Positions 1-13,438 are shown, numbered from the whole stretch's first letter. The stretch: 63,839 bases of DNA, filler included, from Conidiobolus incongruus B7586 (GCA_000697335.1; 8 parts of 8 records of this genome joined end to end with filler, not necessarily neighbours in it); one strand, 5' to 3'. The notes: generated by a model from the letters alone, not told the origin. Numbers and translations are program-made.

Positions 1-3000
1 TTTTATTTATTTATAGTTATAATTAATATTAATTATATAATTGATATTAGAAATTAATATTAAATATAACTAAAAGATTATTTTTGATAAAATTTTATTT
101 TGATTTTTTATTTATTTTTTTGTTATAAATATTGTTTTATAATTTGTTAAATTCATTCCAAAATATATCACTATTTAAAGCTTGATATTATATTAATAAT
201 GTTTTAAATATTAATTAATTAAAATAATAGTTTATTAATATTTTCATTATTTACCTATTAAATTATTAAAATATCAAAAAATATAAGTTTATTATTATTA
301 AAATAACAAAATATTTAATCAATACTATCAAAAAGAATAAATATATAATAAGAGACTAATTTTTTAAATTTCTATATACAACTCAATATTTATATTAACT
401 TTTAAGTAATTTATAATTGCAAAGTTAATTTAATTATATAAATAGCATTAATTTAGCTAATAAACATGATTCCTCTTCATTGACTCGACATCTTACTATT
501 ATTCTCTGAATCCTGCTAATCGCTATTATTTACTAAGATTTGAGACTACCTTTATGAATATTATATTCTTATTGTTACGATTGAATAAATTTTTGATATA
601 ATTATATTAACCAATTTATTTCATATCTTAAATAAACTCAATGGTATATCAAATTGATTATGTCACTATTAATTTAAGTCTTCCTCTACTTTATGTTGGT
701 TTTGTCACTTAATTTTATTATAATATCATTCAAAATATTCATATTATATTTGAATTAATATTAATTTAATCCAAAAAACATTAGCATTTTAAATTATAAT
801 ATTTTAACATAAACTTTTTGAAATTAATAATAAAGCAATATCAAAAATTTATACAAATCAATATTGAAATATATTTTAATATAAGATATTTTATATCACT
901 TATGAAAAATTAAAATATTAAGTTAAAAATTAAATTTTAAACTTTATTTTTATAACTTTATAGTTTTAATATATATATATATATATGTATATATTCAAAG
1001 CTAAATTTATAAAAATAAAAATCTATAAGTAGTTGAATCATTTTATACTTTAAAAAATCTATATTAATCTGTAATAAATATTATTAATATTAAGAATTAA
1101 TTACTATAATTTTTTCAATATTAACATCAATTACAAATTTACTACTATAATATTATGGATCAAAATATAATTATAATTTATTTTATATTTTATCAAGTAT
1201 TATACCAATAAATTATATAAAATAATATTTGAAAATTGATTAATAAAATTTTATAGAATTTTTATTTGCAAAAATAGATTAATTAATGAATTTTATTAAA
1301 ATAATATATCAAACTAATATAAAATAAATTTAAAATATATTATTGGTTGAGAATAACTTAATATAAGGTAATCATCAAAAAATTCTAAATAAAGGGCATA
1401 TATTTCAAAATTGTAAATTTATACAATGATTTATTTGATTATAAGTATCAAAGTGAATACGACTTAATTTTAAATATATTAAATTATTTTATTTTAGAAT
1501 TAATGATGATTGATATAATATTATACAATTATAATTATATCGTCACTCAAAAGTATATTTTTCAAGGTGTTGATAAAATTTTTTGGAATACTCAAATATT
1601 GAATAATATATTTATTTCTTAATTTGATTCAAAATATACTCAATATTAATTTGTATCAATTCTTAATTTATCTTGAAATTTATTCTTTTTTAATATTATA
1701 TCTTTACCAACCAAATATAAATATTAAAAATAGTTTATTATTAATAATAATATTATATATAAAATAATTTTTTTAATTTTAAATTTTATTTTTATCATAT
1801 GATTTATATTTTCTTATCAATATAACTACATCTAAAAAAACAATTAAAAATGCATCTAATTACTAAATAAGGTTAAATTATACTATTTGACAAATTCAAA
1901 CAAATTTTCTTTTATCAATAAAAATAATAATTTAAAACAAGTTAAATGTGTTATAGGAAAAAATAAATCAATGCAGTTAAATTTAGTATAAAATATTAAT
2001 TTATATTGTTTTGAAATATTAAGTATGCCTGCGAAATTAAATATTATTGTTTGGACGGTAAAATATTAACCAAATCTATGTATTCGATTAAATATCATCA
2101 ATACTATAGTATAGTTCATTTCTAGACATAATACCGATGGGAAGGTTTAGCTTTATTATGAAAATACAATTTTATCTCCATATTAATAATTAATACTAAT
2201 TGAATTACTTAAATTGATCAAATATATTTACAGCGGTATTTTAATATAAATAATATTAGCTTTGTTATCATCAATCGTATTAATATTCACGATATTAATA
2301 TTTATAATTTCAAAATATTTTTTGTCATTACCTTAAGGTTTTTTAAGTAGAGAGTATTCAATCCATTGTTTTATATTCATTAAATTGATTAAGACTACTA
2401 TTTGAAAAATTATGTAGGGAAAAATGATTCAAAATTTTAATTACGGATCAAATAAATTGAATATTGTTGAAAATTCTAAAATTGTTATATTTCCCCATAT
2501 TTCTATATATATGTTCTTGGTTTTTTGCATAATCGCTAAATTTTGATACGTCATTAATTTATTCAGCATGCAAGTTTTTGTATCGATTATATTAATCTAG
2601 AATTTTGAAGTTAGAGATTATTGTAGGTATGAATGTGACGTATATATCACTTGTTTGATTATATTCAATTTATAGATCGCTTTAATAATATTTGAATTTT
2701 TACTAGTTGTGTTGAATCTTAATAAAATGTCACATCTACAAGATGACGACATGAGTTTATCATTTTGCATTATTTTAACTTGTTTATATTTCTATAATTT
2801 GTTATAACTAATACCTTATCTTTTTTATTATCACAAATCATTGTTGCTTTGTTTTACAAAATTATAATATTAAACATTTATATTTCTGCATATTATAACG
2901 TAAGATGTTTTGAAATATGCTTAAATTGATTGCATATTTAGTACCTAATTGTCCAATTTATACAATTATTCATCATATCTCTGATTCTGCATTAAAATAC

Positions 3001-5224
3001 TCCTTGATTAAATAATGAATCCAAAAAACTAAATCAAATTGGAGTCTAGACTTTAAACTAGACATGCATATTCAAAAACTTAGTTTTAAAGTTTGATATA
3101 ATACAAAAGAATATTACTATTATACTATATAATCGTATAAAATATATCAATCATTTTGAATTATATAACTGTTACAAAATTTATTTTTTTCTCTAAATTC
3201 AATTTGATTGTTAGAAAAATATTGTTTAATATTAGAGGCAAAATTATCCTTATAGAGTAACTTTAAATATTTAGTTTCAAATACTCAACGGATTTTTTAT
3301 GATACAATAAAATAATAATATATAAACAAATGGTATATATTATATATTAAAATATGCTACATGTTGAACACGTTTTATAATTGGATTATTGATATATAAT
3401 TTATTTAAAATTTTATAAGCTTTATTGTTTCTATTATTATTATATATTTTTTGATAGTTATAATTTAATTTTCATATCTAAAATTAGAAATAATAAAATA
3501 TAATAAAATTAAATAAAAATTATATCATAATAATAAGTTTTTAATGTTGAATTATTTATCATTATACAATTAGTATTTTTTGATGTTTACCAATTGCTAT
3601 TATATTAAGAAAATGTATATCAAAATCAATTTTAATATTCAGTCTTTTAAATAAATAAATTTCAAACTAAGACTAAAAAATTTCAAAAATAAAGTTAACC
3701 CATATAATGCAAGTCAAAAAATTTATCAATTTTGTTTGAATTTTAATTAGAAAAATTGAGAATTAATTGTAACACTAATGCAATGGAAAATTGTTTTATC
3801 CAAAACTGAAGCTTTATTTTACTATAGTAATGCATATAAAGTATTGAACAATTGAGTATATTTCATTGATATATTAAATTAATGTAATAATACCACGCTT
3901 TTTGTTATTATTTTAATTTTCCTTACAATATGCATCGTATCTATTAAAATAGACTTTATTTAAAATATAAAAATATCTTATTGCATGCTTGGTAAAACAA
4001 AAAATAATATCAAAGATAAATTTCAACATAATAATATTATTAATATTAATATTAATATAAAATTATTATAATTTTTAAATGTATCACCTTTGGGTAGTAT
4101 TCTTTCATTTCATATTAATTTTCTGATTAATATAATAAAATTGATCAAAATTTTTCAAAAATTATCAATTAATCTTGTAATAAACTAAATGATTTAATAT
4201 ATTTAACCAACTCCTATTGTAATCCCTTCTTTGTTGATAAATATTCTAAGCTGATGATTTCATTTCATCTCGAGCTATAGCTCAATAACTGCATTAATCA
4301 TTATAATTGGATCTCTTATAAGGAGTAATAAAATTCATTATGATAATTGTTGAATTAACCAATAATATTTAATCTTTATTCAATTATAATAATTAATAAA
4401 ATATTGATTTTCAATTATTTTGTATTATTTCGATAATATTCAATTTAATCAAAATTATATCTGATTGATGCTCTAATAAATTCCATTCATTAAGCAATAA
4501 GCTTAATTTGTTAAGATTGAAAAATTATAGTTTCTGATACTCAATACTGATTAAATTTATTTAGTAAAATAAATGTTGATATTCAGCTTAAAATATGTAT
4601 TAATTGAATGTGAAACTAATCAATTGATTTTCGTGTATATGATATACATACATTTTTTATAGTTGAATAGACAATGATTCCGATTGACCAAAATTCTTTG
4701 AATGTGAACCTGAATCGCTGGATTTTAGCGTGAAAGAGTCTAAGGGAACGGACTATTTGTTTGAAGACAAAATGATAAATCAAATAAGAATCAATTATTC
4801 AAGAGTATTTTAATTTAATGGATCCTTAATAAATAAATAAGTTTCAATTAGGCATAATACTTTTGGTTAAACGCTTGGGTGGAGTTATAGGGGTTAATTC
4901 AAATGGTATAAAATTAATTTGATGATCCTTGTTTGTACATCAAGGTTCAATCTGTTCAATTATATAAACTGTTGACTCATCCTCACCTGCAAAGCTATTG
5001 GAATTCAGTTCAATTGCCCATTTTTTTTCATTTGAATAGCATTCTCAATCATATATCAATTGACTCCTGACTTAATTTCATCAGTAATATAATAATTAAT
5101 CTCATTCAGTGAAATCATTGCATTTTTGGAATTGGACTAATTTGGTCACTTTAATAAGCCCAGATTTCCCTTATTTCGTATTCTCTGTTTTTATTCTTAC
5201 CAACTAATTTATTCATAAACTTTA

Positions 5225-8200
5225 ATGTCTGAAAAGAAAAAGTCTGGAGTTACTCCAATAGATGAACATTCCCTCGAGATACCCGAGGTGTGTAAGCGCT
5301 ACAATACTACCGTTGATACTGCTCACCCTGATACGTCGGGTGGTTTAACCAAAGCAGTCGCTGCTCAGCTCAAAGAACAGTATGGTCCCAACGTATTAAC
5401 ACCACCCAAAAAGAAGCATCCCATTATCCTTTTTCTCGAATGTTTGACTGCTTTATTTAACTTGCTTTTAATCTTGGCCGGTATTTTAACCTATATTCTC
5501 TATGGTATCGATCCTGTCAACAATGCTGCTAACAGCTACTTGGGAGGTATTCTCATAGGTGTTGCAGTGCTTAATGCAATTATCGAATTTGTCCAGCTCC
5601 TGAAAACCGCTGCAGCTTTGGAATCTTTCATGAATATGATTCCTCAGCAGTGTCGCTGTGTGCGTGAAGGTGCTCTTTCTCAAATACCCGCTGCCGATCT
5701 CGTCCCTGGAGACGTTGTATTGGTGCGTATGGGAGACAAAATTCCAGCGGATCTGTTTTTATTCTATGTTTCGGATATGAAGGTAGATAATTCTTCATTA
5801 ACAGGAGAATCAGAACCTCAAGAGCGTTTAGTACAAAACGATCAAAAGAACTTTTTAGAAGCTACCAATTTGGCATTCAACGGTACCTTAGCAGTTTCCG
5901 GTGAAGCTTATGGTATTGTTATTCGTACTGGTGACAATACATTTTTGGGTCAAATTGCTGGTATGACGCAAGGTGAAGAGAAGCAAAAGAGTCCCCTCTC
6001 GGTTGAAATCGATCATTTCGTTAAGATTATTGCTAGTATTGCTTTCATCACAGCTATTATATTCTTCGTAATCAGTTTGGTCGTGTATAAAAATATTAAT
6101 AACACGCTCAATTTCTCCATCGGTGTTTTCGTGGCTTGGGTACCTGAAGGTTTACCAGCTACAGTGACTATGTTATTGACACTTGCTGCGAAGAAAATGG
6201 CAAAGGAAAATGTCTTGGTTAAACATCTTCAAGGTGTCGAAACACTTGGTGCTATTACATTATTAGCCACCGATAAAACTGGTACTTTGACCCGCAACCA
6301 AATGACAGTCACGAGAATCTGGAGTAGTTTGAATATGTACTCTTCCCTCCGTAATCTTGGACAAGCTGATAATCCAGTGTCTATTGATTCTCCAGGAATC
6401 AAAGAGATCATGTTGAATGCCAGTCTGAATACCAAAGTCAAGTTCGACCGTACTGACGTACCAGTTGACAAGCGTGAAATCGTCGGAGATGCTACTGAAT
6501 CAGGTTTAATCAGATTTGCGGGCGCCAACTTGGAAGATTTTGATAATGTAGGAAACACTTATCCCAAAGTCTTTGAAATTCCTTTCAATTCGGACAACAA
6601 ATGGGCTCTTAGTATTAATAAGCTTCCTAACCCTGAAGGTGATCTGACTCTACTCCTAAAGGGAGCTCCTGAGAGAGTTTTGCGTCTTTGCTCAACTATT
6701 TTAATTAATGGACAAATCGAAAATTTAACAGAGGATCACAAAGCCAAATTCATGGAAACTTATGAATATATGGCTAGTCAAGGTCACCGTGTGTTGGCTT
6801 TCGCTCAGCTTTGGCTCCCTCGCGATCAGTACCCTGAAAATTATGAATTCTCTAAGAAAGACAAGAACTACCCTTCTGAAAACTTAACCTTTGTTGGTTT
6901 AGTCAGTTTGGAAGATCCTCCCAAGCATGGTGTACGTGAAGCTATAGGTAAATGTCGTACCGCTGGTGTCAAGGTTATGATGGTTACTGGTGATCACCCT
7001 CTTACTGCTGAAGCTATTGGACGTAAGATCAATTTAATGTTGTCAAAAACTAAGGAAATGGTTGCCAAGGAAACTGGGAGACCTATCGAAAGCATCAAGG
7101 AAGATGAATACAATGCAATTGTAATTCATGGTGAAAAGATTGATTCTCTCACTGAAAAAGATTGGGACATTATCTTCTCCAAGGAAGAAATCATTTTCGC
7201 CCGTACTTCTCCTAAACACAAACTTCAGATTGTCAAAAGAGCCCAATCTATGGGTCACATTGTTGGTGTGACTGGTGATGGTGTGAATGATTCTCCTGCA
7301 TTGAAGAAAGCTGACTTGGGTATTTCTATGAACGAATCTGGCTCTGATGTATCTAAAGAAGCCGCTGCTATGATTTTACTTGATGATAATTTCGCCACAA
7401 CTGTAAGAGGTATTGAAGAAGGTCGTTTGATTTTCGCTAATTTGAAGAAGAGTATTCAATACACTGTCACTCACTCCATTCCTGAAGTTATTCCCCAATT
7501 ATTATATGTCATTGTTCCCATTCCACTTCCATTAAGTTCCATCTTGATTTTAGTAGTTGATTTAGGTTTCGAATTGTTTGCTGCCCTTTCATTTGCCTGG
7601 GATAAGCCTGAAACGGCAACTGGACTAATGAAGTTACCTCCTCGTAAGCCTGTCACCCCCAAGTCTGTCGAAAGATTCCGCAGATTGAAATCTAGAGAAC
7701 TCCAACCCAGAGTTGATCCTGAAACTGGGGAAGAAATTCCTATCACTAAATTCCAAAGATTCAGGCACAACTTCAAGTCATTATTTACCAAAGAACACTG
7801 GCAAGATGCTTTCGAATCCACTGAAGATGAAGTCATGGTTGATTTACCTTTGCTCAGCTGGGCATACCTTGAAGTGGGTGTTCTTGAAGCCATTATTTCT
7901 CATATCGCCTATTTCTGGGTCTTATCATCATTTGGTATTTCTCTAGCCGATTGTCCCCGTATCATGTCAGCTGCCAATAAGAATAACAATAATTTCTTTA
8001 CCACCAGAGCCAAAAACTATATCAATGTACATGGAACAACCATTAACGCCGCTCGACAAGTTGAAGCGCTGGCACAAGCCCAATCTATCTACTATTTGTC
8101 GATTATGATTTGTCAGGCATTCAACTTGTTTGCTTGTAAGGCCAAATTCAAGTACCCATTCGGTAAGCACATGTTCACGAACTCCAAGAACTTCATTGGT

Positions 8201-8467
8201 TTGACTTTTGGTATGATTCTCGGTTTTTGTATTGTGTACATTCCGCCATTCAACGTTGCATTTGGTACCAGCTATCGCTTGAACCCAGTCTACTGGTTGA
8301 TTCCTTTAGTCGGTGGTGTAGTCATTCTTCTATATGCTACCCTCAGACTATGGATAGGCAGACAGCGCAATGCCATCAAATTCAACCCCGAAATCGTTGG
8401 TCTAAATATGCATCCCACGGTGCGTACCATGGATATGGTCAATAATAATCCAGAAAATGCAAAATAG
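5225..8467 (+). CDS. P-type ATPase, type IIC (Na+/K+- or H+/K+-ATPase alpha-like), intronless, 1080 aa
   Basis: Motifs TGES, VPEGL, DKTGTLT, FEIPFNS, KGAPERVL, MVTGDHPLTA, FARTSP, TGDGVNDSPALKKAD; LKKSIQYTVTHSIPE and DLGFE align with Na/K-ATPase M5/M6. Confidence 0.93.
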   Translation: MSEKKKSGVTPIDEHSLEIPEVCKRYNTTVDTAHPDTSGGLTKAVAAQLKEQYGPNVLTPPKKKHPIILFLECLTALFNLLLILAGILTYILYGIDPVNNAANSYLGGILIGVAVLNAIIEFVQLLKTAAALESFMNMIPQQCRCVREGALSQIPAADLVPGDVVLVRMGDKIPADLFLFYVSDMKVDNSSLTGESEPQERLVQNDQKNFLEATNLAFNGTLAVSGEAYGIVIRTGDNTFLGQIAGMTQGEEKQKSPLSVEIDHFVKIIASIAFITAIIFFVISLVVYKNINNTLNFSIGVFVAWVPEGLPATVTMLLTLAAKKMAKENVLVKHLQGVETLGAITLLATDKTGTLTRNQMTVTRIWSSLNMYSSLRNLGQADNPVSIDSPGIKEIMLNASLNTKVKFDRTDVPVDKREIVGDATESGLIRFAGANLEDFDNVGNTYPKVFEIPFNSDNKWALSINKLPNPEGDLTLLLKGAPERVLRLCSTILINGQIENLTEDHKAKFMETYEYMASQGHRVLAFAQLWLPRDQYPENYEFSKKDKNYPSENLTFVGLVSLEDPPKHGVREAIGKCRTAGVKVMMVTGDHPLTAEAIGRKINLMLSKTKEMVAKETGRPIESIKEDEYNAIVIHGEKIDSLTEKDWDIIFSKEEIIFARTSPKHKLQIVKRAQSMGHIVGVTGDGVNDSPALKKADLGISMNESGSDVSKEAAAMILLDDNFATTVRGIEEGRLIFANLKKSIQYTVTHSIPEVIPQLLYVIVPIPLPLSSILILVVDLGFELFAALSFAWDKPETATGLMKLPPRKPVTPKSVERFRRLKSRELQPRVDPETGEEIPITKFQRFRHNFKSLFTKEHWQDAFESTEDEVMVDLPLLSWAYLEVGVLEAIISHIAYFWVLSSFGISLADCPRIMSAANKNNNNFFTTRAKNYINVHGTTINAARQVEALAQAQSIYYLSIMICQAFNLFACKAKFKYPFGKHMFTNSKNFIGLTFGMILGFCIVYIPPFNVAFGTSYRLNPVYWLIPLVGGVVILLYATLRLWIGRQRNAIKFNPEIVGLNMHPTVRTMDMVNNNPENAK

Positions 8468-9961
8468 ATTCACCCAACCCATTAGCGATTATCATTTACT
8501 CATCCATCAAATATTGTTCATAATCATTTTAATTTAATTTGTATTCATCAGTACAACACTAATATTCATTCTCCCTTGATATTATTATCCAATTAGATAA
8601 TTTTCAATAAAAAATTTATATTTTGAATCATAAATTTACAATTGAATTTTATTACAATTGAATTTTTGATAGTATTTGAAGCTTTGCAGATTTATTTGGT
8701 CCAAACATCATCAGTTCGTTTTGTTATACCAACAAAAACTTGAATTAACCTTGGGTTTCAGGTTGAAACAGGGGTTCTCCTTTTTAATTATATAATAAAC
8801 AAAATAATTAAATTATCTAATCAAAATAATATATAGATAATAAAATATTTGAATAGATTGAGTAATGATAGTTTTGATTTTTACCTCTTTCATTCAAATA
8901 TTTAGGACTTAATTGTTTCAAGTAAAATACTGGAGTCAATAAATATGTTTTACAAAACAAAGGCAACAGAGTGCTTAGAGTTTAGACTTGAATCTTCTTC
9001 AAAAACATCATTAGTCATATATATATATATATATATATGAATTAGTATTACTCTCATTCAAAATTTGTTTACAAGTCGGTGATAAATGATTTAAAGAGGT
9101 ATTAATAATTACAATAAACGATAAATTAGCTTCCAATATATTTGAATGATTACTAAATTATTGATAGATTCACTTTATTTGAATTGATTAGCGCTTGTAT
9201 TGAAGAAAATAAAATAATAATTTCAGTATGATCAACTCTACATTAAATATGATTATATATGATACCATATGATAATATATGATAATTCACATTTATAATT
9301 TTTATTTGATCTGATTTTATTTTTTAACTATTTTACTCTAGTCGATGATTTGAACTTTTTATTTCTTAGGTACAAACTGGATGATTCCTCTCAATTGTAA
9401 GATTAGCAATATTTTTAATAGAATAAAATGATACAGAACACAAAAAAAATAATTATATTCGATGATCTACCTTAAAATGTTAAATTCAAAGTTACAATTA
9501 AATAAATATAAAATATATTTTAATATTGAGTTAGTAGATTATTTTGTTTCAATGAAAATACTGAATAATATATAGATATTTTGAGGATTAGAACTTATAT
9601 CATTTTTATATTTGATAATAATAATCCTTTTGAATAGCTATACTATTTTAATATAAGTATAATATCTTGGTTTAAACTATACCATAAATTATATATATTC
9701 TTTGACTATATGATTGAAAATCAGAAAAAAGTTCAAATGGAAAAAATTTATTTATATTTATATGGATAGGTAAACTAAAATAACGGTTATAAAGATGGTT
9801 AATAAAATTAATTTATATAATCAGTGTATTGAATATTCAACAATAGAGAAAAAAAAGATGATTTAAATGTTGGATTTGAAAAATTAAAGGCAAAAAAATA
9901 TACAATATATAAAATCTTTCTTTATTTACTAATATAATAAATTAAAAGATAGGTCATATAT

Positions 9962-10034
9962 GGGGAATTAGCTCATTTGGTAGAGCGCTCGCTTTGCATG
10001 CGAGAGGCGCCGGGATCGATACCCGGATTCTCCA
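9962..10034 (+). tRNA. tRNA-Ala (anticodon UGC), intronless
   Basis: Acceptor stem GGGGAAT/ATTCTCC with the G3:U70 Ala identity pair; D arm GCTC/GAGC; anticodon stem CTCGC/GCGAG with loop TT-TGC-AT; T arm CCGGG-ATCGATA-CCCGG; discriminator A. Confidence 0.97.
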
Positions 10035-11355
10035 CTTTCAGAATTCAGTTTAAATTTTATTTATAATTTTTTAATTGTTATTTTCACAAAGTACAAATAA
10101 TAATAAATTTATTATATTTACTATTAATGTCAATTTATCTTATATTATACATTATAAATTGAATATTTGATATACGTCTATTAACTACTGTTAATGCCAA
10201 AATATGAGTATTTGTTGATGATTCAAAAATATATATTCTCATATAATTAAAATAGCGGTCAATATTTAAATCAGTTGTGTATATATTTGGTAAGGACATT
10301 TAATTTGTTATAATGTTTTCCAAAAAGCATCCAAAACCTATATATATTAATATTTAAACTTGATAACCATCCGATAATTTTAGCGATTCAATTGTCGTTA
10401 TGTTTTTTCAAGCAAACCGAAAGGAAATATAAGCTTAATATTTAATATATAGTTTAAGCTGAAAACAACGAAATACTTATATAACATAAGTTGTTGCCTA
10501 ATAAATATTAAAATCAAGAGAGTAATTGTAACTGAAAAATTTAGTAATAAAATTAATTGTACTACCATTTTAATTTCATAAATTTCAATCTATATTAGAT
10601 ATTTTGATAGTATAAAGCTTTGTAAATACCTTTTATTACCTTGAATAGGGCAATGTTTGATTCATTTAATTTTAATTAATTCGAAATTATTTCATATTAT
10701 TAAATGATTGATTAGCAAATTTATTGCGGTAAATAAAAAATCATATTATAAATAATGTATATTCATATATGATAATTAAATTCAGTCATCATTAATATTT
10801 AATTTTATAAATATTGTAACATTGAAATAATATATAGTGCTCCTTGATTATTTTAATAGTTTTATTATTATTATCAACCTATAGATATATATTGATGGTA
10901 TATATCAGGAGTGATAATATTAAGATCTGTAAATTACAATCCAATCTTTCAAATTGTATAAAAAAGGAATTTTAATTATTGGTTTCTCAAATATTTTATA
11001 ATTTGTTTAAAGAACATGAATAGCTGATATTCAAAACAAAATGGAAATGAGTTTGAATAAAATTGTTATATTTAAAATTCCTATTGATTGCCGAATTTAG
11101 AAAAAATCAAATCAAGATAGATTAAATAAACAGAGAGTAGATCTATTGAAATTGCAAAATATCCTTTAATTCATTAAATTTTCCAATTAGTTATTCTAGA
11201 AGATCCAAATAGATATTTTAAAAATTATAAGTTATATCATATTTAGAAATATATTGTGACCAGCAACTTGAATCCTGGTATATACTATAAAAATCCAAAA
11301 ATTTTCACATAATATTATTATAAACTAATAATTTATTCAATTAATTTATTGAACA

Positions 11356-12129
11356 ATGAAACAACAAATCTTAGCATCAATTTTAATCGCTATTATTTCC
11401 GCTGGTGTTATTGACCTTGGAAAGAGCAAGAATCAGGACGATTTAGCCTCGCTCGACTTCCCTAAAAAGGACTTGGCAGGTGTCTTAGGTGACAAAAATG
11501 ATGACGATATTAACTTGTTGCAACTCCATAACAAAGGCTTGCTTAGTAAAATAATCAAGCTTGGTAAAGATAAGAAGCATGATACAGATTATGGTGGCGA
11601 TGATGGTGGTGATGATGGTGGTGATGGTGGTGATGGTGGTGATGATGATGGTGGTGATGATGGTGGTGATGATGGTGGTGATGATGGTGGTGATGATGGT
11701 GGCGATGATGGTGGCGATGATGGTGGCGATGATGGTGGCGATGATGGTGGTGATGATGGTGGTGATAACTCTTATGCTGGTGATGATGGTGGTGATAACT
11801 CTTATGCTGGTGATGAAGGAGAATATGAAAAATCTGAAGAGTATGATAATGATGAAGAGTACGGTGAAGGCGAAGAATATGGTGAAGATGAAGACTATGG
11901 AGATGACTCTTATGGAGACGACTCTTATGCTGGTGACAAATACAATGACGGATACATGGGACCTTATGGTGGCTATTCTCATGGACCTTACCATGGAAAT
12001 GACTATAGATGGGATTATGGCTACGATGATGGCTACAATGATGGCTACAATAGTCCAAGTGACTACTATGGATATGACGACGGTTCTTATGACGGCTATC
12101 ATGGTGATAACTATTCCAACAGATATTGA
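11356..12129 (+). CDS. Secreted low-complexity Gly/Asp-rich protein with Tyr-rich C-terminus, 257 aa
   Basis: ATG after AACA, TATAAAA about 65 nt upstream, hydrophobic signal-like N-terminus (MKQQILASILIAIISAG). Repeat variation sits at third codon positions in this frame (GGT/GGC). Confidence 0.8.
   Translation: MKQQILASILIAIISAGVIDLGKSKNQDDLASLDFPKKDLAGVLGDKNDDDINLLQLHNKGLLSKIIKLGKDKKHDTDYGGDDGGDDGGDGGDGGDDDGGDDGGDDGGDDGGDDGGDDGGDDGGDDGGDDGGDDGGDNSYAGDDGGDNSYAGDEGEYEKSEEYDNDEEYGEGEEYGEDEDYGDDSYGDDSYAGDKYNDGYMGPYGGYSHGPYHGNDYRWDYGYDDGYNDGYNSPSDYYGYDDGSYDGYHGDNYSNRY
11592..11816 (+). repeat. Coding 12-nt minisatellite (GATGATGGTGGY)n encoding GGDD, followed by two DNSYAGD units
   Basis: Directly visible tandem repeat. 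Confidence 0.95.
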
Positions 12130-12411
12130 TTTGATAGCATATTGCAATGATATTATTCATCATAGATTATTTCATTATTTATTCAGTATAATGCCTCATA
12201 CTTATCAAGTTTAATATCTAATTTATTTAGAGGTTAAATCTCTTTCTATTCATATATTTATATTTATATTTAATTATTTAATAAAGCACTTTTATTAAAT
12301 TCTATTTTTGTGATATATTTGATTGAACGAATATTGATAACCCATAATTAAAATTTCATTAAATTTTATATTAAATTAAATCAATTGAATATGACAATGG
12401 TTACCTTCAAA

Positions 12412-13438
12412 ATGAACTCCTTAAATCTACAAAGAGAATTTATTAAAACTCAAATAAAAATATTAACAGAACCGTATGAATTAAATCAGTTTCAATCTCT
12501 GGATACCCCTACACCAATTCATGATACTAAATGGGTTCAAAGACGTAATAACTCTATTCAGCTATATCACTTTAATATTAACAACTGTATTTTAGTTAAT
12601 AATGCAATTCAATTACAACATAAATTAATGTTTAACCAACAAGGGCTACAACAAGTATACCAACAGTTGAGTTGGTTTTCTAGCAAGCAATATTTATCCC
12701 AGCTATGGACTTCGCAATCTCGTTGGTTTCAATATCCAGATTTACAAACACCTAATGAAAACGAAGTTTGGAAGTAATTTTATAAATTCAGTAGATTGTA
12801 AATATGTATTTAATGTTATTTATAATAGGTATATTGATAGTTTACCCTCTTCACTTCCATGTATTGATAATAAATTAACTGAAAGGTAACGTATCTAAAA
12901 TATATATATTTAACTATAATTTTCAACTTGAGCTTTTAGTTATCAAAGACAATTTTCAATTTTACAAATTAAGTTGAAAAAGTTGAAAAATTTAAAATTA
13001 CAGTTAAAAGAATTTCAAGTAATTAATGGAATAGTAAGAATAATTAGTAAATATTAATTATTTGTAATATAGAAATTATTAAATGATTTAAATTCTATAA
13101 TTAAAAATCAAGAGCTATTAAAGAGGAATTTGTCAACAAATCATAGTATAATTTTTGAAGAATTGGAACAGAGTAGACAATTAAGTAAATATGATGAAAA
13201 AAATATGAATTTAATTAACATACTGAATCACTTGCTTTATAGTTACTCATATGAAGAGCAAAGATTTATTAAGTAATCATACTCTATCACAGGATCAAAT
13301 AACTGACGAAATTATAAGTCAAGGTAATGTTATAGGAGTAGTATTATTATCACAAGTTTTTAACCAAATTCATTAGAATCAGGAGCTTTAAATCGTCCCA
13401 AATTAAAATCTTTGTTATTAAACAATTTACCACAATAA
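12412..13438 (+). CDS. Fta4/Nkp1-like kinetochore (Sim4 complex) protein, 7 exons
   Basis: Hand-spliced exons 12412-12544, 12596-12773, 12829-12885, 12940-13033, 13073-13184, 13243-13323, 13377-13438, all GT-AG and in frame. Motifs FIKTQIKILTEP, LNNAIQLQHKLMF, IDSLP and NLSTNHSIIFEELEQSRQL resemble the FTA4 family. In-frame alternative ATGs at 12391 and 12397. Confidence 0.65.

Noticed and set aside
2400..3060. Slightly GC-richer stretch with hydrophobic peptide fragments (possible membrane-protein pseudogene); similar stretches at 460-720 and 34500-35100
   Set aside because: No recognisable motif or consistent exon chain could be built by eye.
5486..8445. Short antisense and alternate-frame ORFs inside the ATPase (likewise inside DDB1, GT32, MFS and HMT1)
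   Set aside because: No motifs; expected by-products of GC-richer coding DNA.
10010..10026. tRNA T-loop reads ATCGATA instead of TTCGA
   Set aside because: A54 is a known feature of eukaryotic cytosolic tRNA-Ala, not a defect.
11485..12214. Poly-His (11555-12163, -), Ile/Thr-rich (-) and Met/Val-rich (+) ORFs
   Set aside because: Shadow frames of the GATGATGGTGGT repeat; only the 11356 frame has a signal peptide and third-position variation.
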